Source of the DNA: an uncultured Vicinamibacterales bacterium
GTDB lineage: Bacteria > Acidobacteriota > Vicinamibacteria > Vicinamibacterales > 2-12-FULL-66-21
NCBI GenBank assembly: GCA_964476725.1
Contig: CAYZBZ010000003.1
Span: 1,849-58,112, forward strand
DNA length: 56,264 bases
Reading direction: 5' to 3'
Shown here in pieces: positions 26,128 to 35,510 of the stretch. Made by a program: the position numbers and the translations under genes. Positions within the stretch are counted from its first letter, which is position 1; each line of letters begins with the position of its first letter. The notes below the pieces were generated by a model. The model did no database searches. It had not been told where the DNA came from and saw only the letters and a program-made list of their open reading frames with translations.

Positions 26128-28572
26128 ATGCTCCACGACCTCCGGCACGCCGCGCGTGGACTGCTCCGGTCGCCCGGATTTACGACGGTCGCCGTCCTGA
26201 CTCTGGCCCTGGGCATTGGCGCCAACACCGCCGTACTCAGCCTCGCCCGTGCCGTCTTCTCGAACCCCCTCCCCTTCGCCGATGCCGAGCGTCTCGTGGC
26301 GCTATGGGAAAGGCGCGGCGGGAGCCGCGATGCGAACATTCCCGTATCCGGTCATGAATACGCCGCGTGGAAAGAAGAGAACCGGGTGTTCGAGCAGGTC
26401 GCGCTCTTTCGCCGTGAGCGACTGAACCTCACCGGCACGGGCGAGCCAGAAGCGATTGAAGCGGTTCGGGTATCCTCCAATTATTTGCCGCTGCTGCGCC
26501 TGCAGCCCGCCCTCGGGCGCGCGTTTGCCGACGGCGAAGACGTGGCGGGACACGATCGGGTTGCGATCCTGAGCGATCGATTCTGGCGCCGTCGCTTCGG
26601 CGCCGACCAGGGCATCGTCGGACAGAACATACTGCTCGACGACCAGACATTCTCCGTCGTCGGCGTCCTGGGTCCATTGCCCCCATCGCTGACGCCGGAC
26701 GTCCTGCTGCCCATCGATGTCCCGGCACAGATCCGGGCTGTCGGCCGGCACAATCTCAATGTGATCGCGCGACTGCGGCCTGGCGTGACGATCGATCGGG
26801 CGAAGTCGGATGTGAACGTAATTGCGGAGCGGCTCGCGCGCCAGATGCCCGATCAGAATACGGGTCACTCGGTAACCGTCATTTCTCTCCGCGAGGATCT
26901 CGTCGGGGAATTCCGTCCGGCGTCGGTGGTGATGATTGCAGCGGTGGCGTTCGTGCTCCTCATTGGATGCGCGAACGTAGCCAATCTGCTGCTCGCGCGC
27001 GGCGCGAACCGACAGAAAGAAATCGCCATCCGGACGGCCCTCGGCGCGGGGCGCGCGCGCGTGATTCGCCAGCTGGTCGTCGAAAGCCTCGTGCTCGCCG
27101 CGCTGGGCGGCGCTGCCGGACTCCTGATGTCCGCGTGGATCATGGATCTCGTTCCGAAGATCCCGGCGGTGCGGATTCCACTGCTCGAAACGGCAAGACT
27201 GAACTGGTTCGGTCTCGCCGTCGCCGCGGGCATCTCGCTCTGCACGGGACTGGCAGCCGGGATTGTGCCGGCGATGCGCTCGTCGCGCGTGCATCCTGGG
27301 TGGCTCCGCGAAGGCAGCCGGATGTCGGACGACCGCGGACGGCAGCGGCTTCGGACGATGCTGGTCGCGTCGGAAGTCGCGTTGACGCTGATTCTGCTCG
27401 TGGGCGCGGGATTGCTGATCAACAGCTTCATGCGCCTGGTGGCCGTGAATCCAGGCTTCGACGCGAGCGGCGTGCTCGTCGTGCCTGTCGACCTCCCGGC
27501 CTCGCGATATCCGGAGGCGCACCAGCGCCGCGCGTTCTACGATCGGCTCATTGCCGGCGTGGGGGGTATAGCGGGCGTGGAAGCCGCCGGCGCGGTCTCG
27601 CACCTGCCCCTCGGTGGCGCGGACAACTGGATGCCATTCGCGATCGATGGCCGCCCGGCCCCGGCACCTGGCCAGGAACTGTACGCGCAGTTTCGCGTTG
27701 CAACGCCTCACTACTTCAACACGCTGCGGATTCCCCTGCGGCGCGGCCGCTTCTTCAATGATGGCGACGCCCGGCAGTCGATCCCCGTGATCCGATGGTT
27801 TCCACAACAGCCTTACCCTGCAGGTTTTAACAAGCCACAGCCTGCTCCGGTGGCGATCGTGAGCGAGACAGCCGCCCGCCAGTTCTTCGGCGGAGAGGAT
27901 CCAATCGGGAAACGCATCCGTGTGTTGTTCAGCCCCGACATCACGATCGTGGGCGTCGTCGGCGACATCAAGCACAACGCGCTGAATCTTCCGGCCTTTC
28001 CTCAGATGTACCTGCCGCATGCCCAGGAACCGTGGAACTCCGTTTCTCTCGTGGTGAAAACCTCTGGTCCCCCGACGCCGCTCGCAGCGGCTGTGCGTGA
28101 ACAGATTCGCGCGGCGGACACCGCGCTGCCCGTTGCCGTCAGGACCATGGATGATGTGCTGGCGGCGTCGACCGGCCGTCCACGGTTGTATGCCGTGATG
28201 ACCGGCGTCTTCGGGGCTGTCGCGCTGGGGCTGGCGGTGGTTGGCATCTTCGGTGTGGTGAGCTACGTCGTGGCGCAGCGCACGCGCGAAATCGGCGTGC
28301 GAATGGCGCTTGGCGCTCAGCGCCGTGAAATTCTCGAGCTCGTGGTTGGGCAGGGCATGCGGCCGATCGCCGCGGGGGTTGGCGTAGGCATCGCAGGAGC
28401 GGCGGGCCTCACGCGGTTCATAGGAACACTTCTGTTCGGCGTCGCGCCGCTGGATCCCCTGACGTTCGGCATCGTGATCGTGTTGTTGACGGCGGTGGGG
28501 CTGACCGCCTGCTGGATTCCCGCGCGGCGCGCCACGCGCGTGGATCCGCTCACGGCGCTTCGCGCGGAATGA
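26128..28572 (+). CDS. ADOP-family permease (duplicated MacB-like periplasmic domain + FtsX, orphan)
   Basis: Start set to ATG 26128 (GGCAGGAGG upstream). N-terminus LHDLRHAARGLLRSPGFTTVAVLTLALGIGANTAVLS is the ADOP signature. Two FtsX-type 4-TM blocks are present (EIAIRTALGAGRARVIRQLVVESL; EIGVRMALGAQRREILELVVGQGM). No adjacent ATPase gene. Confidence 0.9.
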   Translation: MLHDLRHAARGLLRSPGFTTVAVLTLALGIGANTAVLSLARAVFSNPLPFADAERLVALWERRGGSRDANIPVSGHEYAAWKEENRVFEQVALFRRERLNLTGTGEPEAIEAVRVSSNYLPLLRLQPALGRAFADGEDVAGHDRVAILSDRFWRRRFGADQGIVGQNILLDDQTFSVVGVLGPLPPSLTPDVLLPIDVPAQIRAVGRHNLNVIARLRPGVTIDRAKSDVNVIAERLARQMPDQNTGHSVTVISLREDLVGEFRPASVVMIAAVAFVLLIGCANVANLLLARGANRQKEIAIRTALGAGRARVIRQLVVESLVLAALGGAAGLLMSAWIMDLVPKIPAVRIPLLETARLNWFGLAVAAGISLCTGLAAGIVPAMRSSRVHPGWLREGSRMSDDRGRQRLRTMLVASEVALTLILLVGAGLLINSFMRLVAVNPGFDASGVLVVPVDLPASRYPEAHQRRAFYDRLIAGVGGIAGVEAAGAVSHLPLGGADNWMPFAIDGRPAPAPGQELYAQFRVATPHYFNTLRIPLRRGRFFNDGDARQSIPVIRWFPQQPYPAGFNKPQPAPVAIVSETAARQFFGGEDPIGKRIRVLFSPDITIVGVVGDIKHNALNLPAFPQMYLPHAQEPWNSVSLVVKTSGPPTPLAAAVREQIRAADTALPVAVRTMDDVLAASTGRPRLYAVMTGVFGAVALGLAVVGIFGVVSYVVAQRTREIGVRMALGAQRREILELVVGQGMRPIAAGVGVGIAGAAGLTRFIGTLLFGVAPLDPLTFGIVIVLLTAVGLTACWIPARRATRVDPLTALRAE

Positions 28573-28916
28573 GGCCGGATCGACGATGATGCACAACTAA
28601 AAATAGTCGTAGCCCGGGCCCCTCCCTGCGCGTCCCTCTCGAGAAAGTGCGTAACTCCGGTCCATTCGTATCGAATCCAAACTCGGCTTTGCAGAGCGCG
28701 TCGCCCAGAGCTCGGCATTTTATTCACCATGCCCACAGGCACTTGCGCGGATCGGCCAGCGATCGCCGGCAGCAACGAGGGACGGCTCGCCCTCTGCACC
28801 GAGTACAACCATCGCGTTCGAGGTAGAGATTCGACGGAGATGCGGGCGGACACGCCGGCAGAGCTCAACGAACCGATACACGAGGACAACGAATCACAGC
28901 CGAAGGAGGCTATCTA

Positions 28917-29417
28917 ATGAAGCGGGTACTTACAGGAACATTCTTGGCAGCGACGTTCGCCGTCGGGCTTTCAGCCCAGTCGCCTGCGCCACCCCAGACC
29001 CCCTATCCGCAGGCCCAGCCGCCCATGCAGGAATCGAAGGACGCAGCGAAGTCTGTAACGGTCACCGGCTGTTTGAAGGCCGGCGACTCGGCAGACAGCT
29101 TCATCCTGTCCGACCTGAAGTGGAGCGACAAGGTCAAGGCAACAGGCGCGATTGGTACGTCGGGTTCAGCCACGGTGCCGGCCGCGGTCGCGTCGGCAAC
29201 CACGCTGAAAATCATCCCCAGCGCCACGACCAAGCTCACCGAGCACGTCGGCCACACGATCGAGGTGACCGGCACGGTCAGCGATAAGGACAAGGCTGAC
29301 CGTGGCGCGAGCACGACTCCTCCGGACTCCGCATCGCCACGTCCGTCCGCGTCGAGCGGCCCGACCGTGGAAGTGCGCACGGTGAAGATGGTGTCAGAGA
29401 CCTGCACACCGAAGTAG
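28917..29417 (+). CDS. Small secreted protein of unknown function
   Basis: GAAGGAGG RBS. Signal peptide MKRVLTGTFLAATFAVGLSAQS. Low-complexity Pro/Ser/Thr stretches and two Cys residues (TGCLKAGD ... SETCTPK). A terminator follows. Confidence 0.7.
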   Translation: MKRVLTGTFLAATFAVGLSAQSPAPPQTPYPQAQPPMQESKDAAKSVTVTGCLKAGDSADSFILSDLKWSDKVKATGAIGTSGSATVPAAVASATTLKIIPSATTKLTEHVGHTIEVTGTVSDKDKADRGASTTPPDSASPRPSASSGPTVEVRTVKMVSETCTPK

Positions 29418-29488
29418 TCTGAAGGGAAAGAACTCCGAAGTTCCGACGTTTCGGATGTCCGATGTCGGAAGTGGAAAGTCAAAACTCG

Positions 29489-29526
29489 AGAGAGCCAGTC
29501 CGGCATCGGGCTGGCTCTCGTTTTGT
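29489..29526 (+). terminator. Rho-independent terminator
   Basis: gagagccag(tccggcatcggg)ctggctctc stem-loop followed by gttttgt. Confidence 0.75.
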
Positions 29527-29836
29527 CTGCTTCGGTTCCCCTCCGCCGCCGCAGCCGCCATCGTACGCCGCCCTCACGACCAACTGCAACTCTGCCTGGC
29601 ATAAAGCGGCGATTACAATTTGCGCTAAGAGTGCGGGAAACGTAATCGGCTGCGCCCTCGGGTGCGAAAACACGCGGCAGAAGCGGGCAGCCGCAACGGC
29701 ACGTCGATTGCGCAACGTGCGTGGATGCGCTTCCTCGATCTTCTTGCGGCGAACGGCCGATTCCGTGTCCTCTTCGAGGGCGCCGCTGAAAAGGCGATCG
29801 GCGACCATCTCCGGATCGACTGAGCGCCAGGCGGAC

Positions 29837-30409
29837 ATGAGTCATACCACCGCAACGACGCACGAAGAAGAGAAGGCGCACGACTATTACGAGGTGCTCC
29901 AGGTCAGCGCCAGCGCAGAGGTCGAGACGATTCATCGCGTATATCGTTTGCTCGCGCAGCGGTTCCATCCTGACAATCATGAAACGGGCAGTTCGTCCCG
30001 GTTCCGGTTGATCAGTGAAGCGTACGGTGTCCTCAGCAATCCGGAGGAGCGCGCGCGCTACGACATCATCCACCAGCAGCAGAAGCAGGATCGCTGGCGG
30101 CTCGTGTCAACGGGCGGGGACGCGGACAACGACTTCGAGATGGAGCAGAGGGTGCGGCTTACCGTCCTTGAGGTGCTGTACACGAAGCGGCGGATGGAAC
30201 CACGCGAGCCTGCCATCTACTCGCTCGATCTCGAGGAGATGATCGGCCGGCCGCGGGAGCATCTCGAGTTTACGATCTGGTATTTGAATCAGAAGAAGTT
30301 CGTGCAGCGCGACGACAACTCCCGGCTGATTATCACCGCCGACGGAGTTGAATACCTCGAGGCAAACTACCGGGCGAGTTCCCTCCTTCGCCTCCAATCA
30401 GGATCCTAG
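29837..30409 (+). CDS. J-domain (DnaJ-like) protein with a small C-terminal winged-helix-like domain
   Basis: Start set to ATG 29837. HDYYEVLQVSASAEVETIHRVYRLLAQRFHPDN carries the HPD motif, and ISEAYGVLSNPEERARYD follows. The upstream part of listed ORF 29462-30409 has no coding character. Confidence 0.8.
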   Translation: MSHTTATTHEEEKAHDYYEVLQVSASAEVETIHRVYRLLAQRFHPDNHETGSSSRFRLISEAYGVLSNPEERARYDIIHQQQKQDRWRLVSTGGDADNDFEMEQRVRLTVLEVLYTKRRMEPREPAIYSLDLEEMIGRPREHLEFTIWYLNQKKFVQRDDNSRLIITADGVEYLEANYRASSLLRLQSGS

Positions 30410-30831
30410 CGTCGGCACGGACCGATTCCTGACGGCGCTGCATCACGAGTAGCGACGGGCCGCGGTCGTGTCCGACGCCGGCTGGTGTCTGACGACGAGT
30501 TGGTCCGGACCCGCGGCTATCACGAAGCGCCCTGCGCGGTGTGCCTGCCGGGCTCTGGACCACCTCTCTCACGGTGACGTAGTTCTATCGGGCGCTCGGC
30601 CGAGAGCAGCGGCATCGTCCGAACTCGGGACGTGAGAAACATTGCGCTTGACGGACGACCAGCACACGGTCATTGTTCGCCGCAGATCTGCCTGTAGGCC
30701 CAAGGTGAGGAGGGACTAGCGTGGGCGATGACCAGGGGTGCTTGCCGGGCATTCCGTCGATGCGAGTCGCAGGCCATCCCGATGATGGGCCTGAGCGTGC
30801 GCGCACCGGCGAGGCGGTGCCACGGTAGACC

Positions 30832-31550
30832 ATGCGCATTCTCCTCGCGATCCACAACGCCTACACGGATCACACGAGCGGCGCGGCGCTCAGTATGCGC
30901 ATCCTGATGCAATGGCTCAAGGAAGCAGACCATGAAGTGCAGGTCCTCGGCACCGCCCGGTTTGACGCCAGGCCGCCTGGCGATCTGATGCAGCACCTCG
31001 CCGAGCATGGCGTCTCGGCTCGGCGCAGCCCGCCGTCCAAGGCGTTCCTGCGAACCGTCAAGCGCGTCAGCAACCTGGGACCGGGGCGGCCAACGCTCGA
31101 TTTCACCCTCAACAGGGTCCCCGTTCGCATGCTCCTGACGAAGGCCCCCCGAAACACGCCCGCGGATCGTTTCGAGTCCGAACAGTTCCTGTTTCTCCTA
31201 AGCGAGATCCTGTCGAAAACGCCTCCCGACGTGATCCTTACGTACGGCGGCCACCCCATCGTCGAAGAGACAATGCGCCGTGGGCGTGCCGTGGGTTGAG
31301 AAGCACCGCCCTCGAGCCACCGCTGGAATGGGACGATATCGAGGCGCCAGAGGACATGCGGAAGTTCGTCACCTTTGTCAATCCTTCGCTCGCGAAAGGA
31401 TCGATGCTGTTTGCGCGTCTCGCAGACATGCTCGATGACGAGGGTACTATCCTGGCGCGAAACCGCGTCTGCCACAAGCACCGGGCACAGCAGCTGCAGC
31501 ATGACTGCGGTCATGGTCGTTGTCGCAGGAGCGACATCACCGTGAACTGA
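30832..31550 (+). pseudogene. Decayed paralog of the GT4 glycosyltransferase at 34066-35313
   Basis: The first 155 aa (MRILLAIHNAYTDHTSGAALSMRILMQWL ... LTYGGHPIVEETMRRGR) align colinearly with the intact copy, then hit a stop. The next frame resumes at PLEWDDIEAPEDMRKFVTFVNPSLAKGSMLFARLADML after about 46 missing residues. Similarity is then lost. The whole C-terminal catalytic half, including the ESFG..AEAM motif, is absent. Confidence 0.8.
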
Positions 31551-32038
31551 ACGCCGGGAAAGCGGGCGTCCCACGGGCCGGGGCCGTGTTCCCGCCAGCC
31601 GCGGCGCTCCAGCAGTCGCCGCATAGAGGGTGAAGCCTGGCACACGGCCAGGGTGGCTCTGGCTTCGAGTGCCGCCCCATCGTGAGCGTCCAGCAGTGCC
31701 TGAGCCAGACCACGTCCTCGACAATCCGCCGACACTGTCACCCTCGCCAGCGCAGCGATCGGGCCGGGGGAGGACAGTCCCGCGCGCAAGTACACCTCTC
31801 CCTCTTCTACTTCCGCGAGGCTGGCGTGGAGGCTGAGTGAGGCCGCCGCTACGACGCGGTCCTCGTTGAGGACAATCCAGTGGAGCCGCAAGGCGTCCCG
31901 CTCGTCACGCCACTCCCCGCCAGGAAACGCAGCGGGATCCGCTTCATCAGCCGTCCACACGGCCGCGCGCAGCCGGAACATCTCGGCCAGTCGCTCAGGG
32001 GGGCACACCACGAGTCGCGGCGCCCAGCCGGGCGTCAT
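31511..32038 (-). CDS. GNAT-family N-acetyltransferase
   Basis: 175-aa ORF with acetyl-CoA motif VSADCRGRGLAQALL. The ATG overlaps the stop of the upstream BKACE C-terminal fragment (ATGA). Confidence 0.8.
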   Translation of the reverse strand: MTPGWAPRLVVCPPERLAEMFRLRAAVWTADEADPAAFPGGEWRDERDALRLHWIVLNEDRVVAAASLSLHASLAEVEEGEVYLRAGLSSPGPIAALARVTVSADCRGRGLAQALLDAHDGAALEARATLAVCQASPSMRRLLERRGWREHGPGPWDARFPGVQFTVMSLLRQRP

Positions 32039-32870
32039 ACGACCGGGCCCGCAGGCCTGAGGCCCAACAGGCGCCGGGCGTCAGCACAGGACGCGGCCTC
32101 GCGTCCGTGCGCCCGAGCCATCGCGACGATCCGCTGGATCAGGCGCGCATTGGTGGCCGGCTCTCGCTTCGTCTCCGGATCCATCAGATGTTGTCCTCAA
32201 GGCCCACGCGAACATGGCCCATGGCGATGGCGAGCCCGTTGACATGGAACTGGAACCGGCCGATGCCCGCCGCCGCCCAAATCGTGCCCTCGGGCAGCGC
32301 ACGAACCACCGTCGTCAGGTTCGAGGCCGACGCACTCAGCGTGCCGAGCGACCCGAGCAGGATGTTGGCATACACGGGGGGGCCGATCTCTTCGCGGCGG
32401 ATGAGGTACTGGGCGTAGTCGGCCATTCCCAGGTCGAAGATCTCAAGCTCCGGAAGGATATTACGCTCCCGCATGCGACGGGCAAGCTCCCGGATGGTTT
32501 CGGGCGCATTTACCGACGCCTGGGTCGGGAAGTTCATCGAACCCAGCGTGAGGGACGTCATGTCGGGGGCGGCGTCTAGTACGGCGGCTCGCTGCTCGAT
32601 CTCGGTGAAGATCCGACCGCTCGTGGACCCGCTGATGATGACGTCCGGGCAGACGTCCCGGACCGCGGCGAACAGCGCCGCGTTCAGCTCCCGTTCGTAT
32701 GCCGGCGAGCCGTCCGCGTACCGCACGTGCAGATGGAGAATCGCGGCGCCCGCGTCCACGCATCGCCGGGCATCTGCCGCGATCTCCTCGACAGTGATCG
32801 GTACGTGCGGGTTGTCCGCCTTGGTCGGCACCATGCCCGTGAGTGCCGCGTTGATGAGGAGAAACGACAT
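32035..32870 (-). pseudogene. BKACE-family (3-keto-5-aminohexanoate cleavage, DUF849) enzyme split by a 1-nt frameshift
   Basis: The 228-aa ORF 32184-32870 ends GHVRVGLEDNI-stop. The remaining family C-terminus (MDPETKREPATNARLIQRIVAMARAHGREAASCADARRLLGL) is encoded in the next frame, 32035-32184. It starts at an ATG overlapping the stop (aacatcTGATGgatcc), where homologs read GLEDN.W.... Confidence 0.75.
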
Positions 32871-33073
32871 GTTGCGCCTCCCCTTCAGGGTGTGGGAGCG
32901 AGATCACCACCCCGTTCCTGCCGGTGGCTCTTCTCGGAGGTCGAGAAAGCGAAGGCTAGCTGCCTGACGCCTCCGAACGGGCCGCGCGCCGCAATGACAT
33001 GATCGCACAAACGCACAAACCAGCGACGGCGACAAAATAAAACTCTTTACGTTCTCGATAGACCGACACTAGG

Positions 33074-34033
33074 CTAGCAGCCGTCTCGGATGCGTCGCGC
33101 GCACTCCGTCAGGCTGATCGGTACCATTGGCTGCGTGGGGCTCGGCGAATCGATCGACTCGAATGCCAGTCGGATTTTCCGCGCGAAGACTTCCTGGGCG
33201 GGCAGTCGCTGCCGCCCATACTGGTCTCGTGAGACCATCACAATCGGATTGGTGTTGATCTCCCACACCTGAATGCGATCGTCGAGAAGGCCGTAATCGA
33301 TCCGGCCGTAGTCGATGTGGGCGCGGTCGAAGATGTCGCGGAGTTCCTGCTCGTGAGGGTTGGATTCCAGATATTCGTGTTCCTCCTCGATCTTGGACGC
33401 ATCGACAAGGTCTGGCACCTTGATGACCCACTTCTGACTGAACATGAGATGGCGCGGGACAATGCGATCGCCCACCCTGAATGCGGAGTACTTGCGGAAC
33501 AGACCATTCCGGGAGGTATCGCAGAACTCCACTATCAGAACGTCGTCCAGGGACACACCCCTCAAAAACATCCGGACGATTGCCTGATCTAACTCCTGGT
33601 GGTCGTGTAACAAGTTTGTCAGACTGCCAAAATGCTCGTTGGCGTGTCTCACGAAGGCCGGGAAACGCAGGCTGGTCAGCCGATCCGAGCGTCGGTACAC
33701 TGCGAACTGATTGCTGCCCGCCTCGCGCATCTCGCGGAGGAGCGCGTAGCGCCTCATCGCTCGCAACGGATGGTTCAGGAGCCGAATACCCTCCCCAGCA
33801 GCGGCCAGCTGACTCCACACGTCGCCGGCGAGCGCCGCTTGCTCCGATGAGAGCAGCTCGAGGTCCGAGAACACATAACTACCACGCGGTAGGATCGTCG
33901 GAAGGGTCTCGTACGACAGCATCTTCATGCGTGGGTGGGACGGTCCCGCCCACGATTTCAGATAGTCCAGAACGGTGCGGTGATGGTCGACCCTCGCGAG
34001 GTAGTGAATCATCGGTTGGACGCTGCGGATCAC
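33074..34033 (-). CDS. ATP-grasp-like protein (sugar-transfer-associated type)
   Basis: 319-aa ORF. The C-terminal YGRIDYGLLDDRIQVWEINTNP is the ATP-grasp Mg/ATP-site pattern. It is divergent from the GT4 gene with only a 32-nt gap. The subfamily name is from memory. Confidence 0.6.
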   Translation of the reverse strand: MIRSVQPMIHYLARVDHHRTVLDYLKSWAGPSHPRMKMLSYETLPTILPRGSYVFSDLELLSSEQAALAGDVWSQLAAAGEGIRLLNHPLRAMRRYALLREMREAGSNQFAVYRRSDRLTSLRFPAFVRHANEHFGSLTNLLHDHQELDQAIVRMFLRGVSLDDVLIVEFCDTSRNGLFRKYSAFRVGDRIVPRHLMFSQKWVIKVPDLVDASKIEEEHEYLESNPHEQELRDIFDRAHIDYGRIDYGLLDDRIQVWEINTNPIVMVSRDQYGRQRLPAQEVFARKIRLAFESIDSPSPTQPMVPISLTECARRIRDGC

Positions 34034-34065
34034 AGAATACAGCTTCGTCTGGAGTAGGTGCGATT

Positions 34066-35313
34066 ATGCGAATTCTGCTGGCGGTTTACAACGCCTATAC
34101 CGACTCTACGAGCGGGGCCGCTCACAGCATGCGGATTGTGATGCAGTGGCTTCGGGACGGCGGCCATGATAGTCGCGTGCTCTGCACGGCGCGATTTGAG
34201 GCCAAACCGCTCGACGATTTCGAGGCGCATCTGGCGGAGCTGGGCGTACCGTTGCGGCGAAGTCCTCCATCGAAGGTCTTCGTGCGATCGGTGAAGAAGC
34301 CGCGCAACATGGTCGTGGGACGTCCGACAGTCGACTTCGTCCTTAGCGATGTGCCCGTCACGTTGCTGCACACGCGAGCACACCCGGGATCATCCGCTGA
34401 CCGTTTCGAGGCAGAGCAGTTCTTGTTCCTCCTCGACGACGTGCTGGCGCAGTTCAAGCCCGATTTGCTGTTGACCTACGGCGGGCATCCCGTGGTGCAA
34501 GAAACGATGCGTCGGGCACGCCGCCGCGGGGTGATGTCCGTCTTCTCACTCCGCAATTTTGGTTATGAAGACCGTCGGTATTTCGAGCATGTCGACCATG
34601 TCTTCACGTGCAGCCCGTATCTGAGCGACATGTACCGGCAGAACATCGGCCTTCACAGTACTGGGATCGAGTCGCCCATCGAGTGGTCCGAGGTGGAGGC
34701 GCCGGTCGAAACGCGAGAGTTCGTCACGTTCGTGAATCCTGCGCTTATTAAGGGCGCGATGCTCTTCGCGCGGCTCGCCGACATGCTTGGCACCAGGCGT
34801 CCGGACATTCCGATTCTCGTCGTTGCGTCGGCCACCGGCGCCGGACACCTCAATGACATCTCGGGGCTCGACTTCGGAAAGTACCCACACATCATGGTGG
34901 CGCCGCCGACGCCACGTCCCGCGGACTTCTTTGCTCTGACCCGTATTCTCCTCGTTCCTTCAACCTGTCGGGAGTCGTTCGGCCGTGTGGTCGCAGAGGC
35001 GATGATCAACGGTATTCCGCCCCTGGTGAGCGATCGCGGGGCCTTACCTCAGACCGTGTGCGGGGCGGGGCGCGTGCTCCCCCTGCCCTCGTGGCTGAGC
35101 GAAACCATCAAGGAATTGCCGACCACCGCCGAGGTCGAGCCTTGGTTCGATGCCGTTTGCGAACTGTGGGACGATGGCCGCGCGTACTCGCAGGCTTCGG
35201 AACTGGCGCGCGCCACAGCCGAGCGGGTGTACAGCGAAGCGGTCATGCGACAGCGGTATCTCGATTACTTCGGCTCGTTGGAACACGGCAGCGCGCTCTT
35301 CGGCGAAGACTGA
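34066..35313 (+). CDS. Glycosyltransferase family 4-like (GT-B fold)
   Basis: Start set to ATG 34066. 415 aa, with the EX7E-type motif ESFGRVVAEAMINGIPPLVSDRGALPQTV. The listed ORF 33481-35313 is an N-terminal read-through. Confidence 0.85.
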   Translation: MRILLAVYNAYTDSTSGAAHSMRIVMQWLRDGGHDSRVLCTARFEAKPLDDFEAHLAELGVPLRRSPPSKVFVRSVKKPRNMVVGRPTVDFVLSDVPVTLLHTRAHPGSSADRFEAEQFLFLLDDVLAQFKPDLLLTYGGHPVVQETMRRARRRGVMSVFSLRNFGYEDRRYFEHVDHVFTCSPYLSDMYRQNIGLHSTGIESPIEWSEVEAPVETREFVTFVNPALIKGAMLFARLADMLGTRRPDIPILVVASATGAGHLNDISGLDFGKYPHIMVAPPTPRPADFFALTRILLVPSTCRESFGRVVAEAMINGIPPLVSDRGALPQTVCGAGRVLPLPSWLSETIKELPTTAEVEPWFDAVCELWDDGRAYSQASELARATAERVYSEAVMRQRYLDYFGSLEHGSALFGED

Positions 35314-35510
35314 ATTCGCGGGAGTCGCCGCTGGCCGAGACCAAAGTCATCGAGCCGGGAGACTTGCCTCGACAGCTCGGCGCCCCCGTCCACGTGAAAG
35401 TGTTGACGCTGATTGAGATTCCTCGTTGCTCGCCTGCGGCGCGGATTGGCGAAGATGTTGCTAGGGGACCCGCCGTCCCACCCACGCCGACAGAAGGAAA
35501 GAGACTTGGA

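Noticed and set aside
28655-28690. tcgaatcc string reminiscent of a tRNA T-arm.
   Set aside because: The flanks do not form acceptor, D or anticodon stems, and there is no GGTTCGAATCC context. Not a tRNA.
28729-28917. 62-aa ORF whose stop overlaps the ATG of the secreted-protein gene (TAATG), with fairly high GC3.
   Set aside because: It has no RBS, no recognisable motif and an acidic low-complexity tail. It could be an upstream ORF, but the evidence is insufficient to call it.
29479-29838. 119-aa minus-strand ORF starting back-to-back with the J-domain gene (MSAWRSVDPEMVADRLFSGALEEDTESAVRRKKIEEAH...).
   Set aside because: The second half is low-complexity and runs through the upstream terminator. 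There is no RBS or family match.
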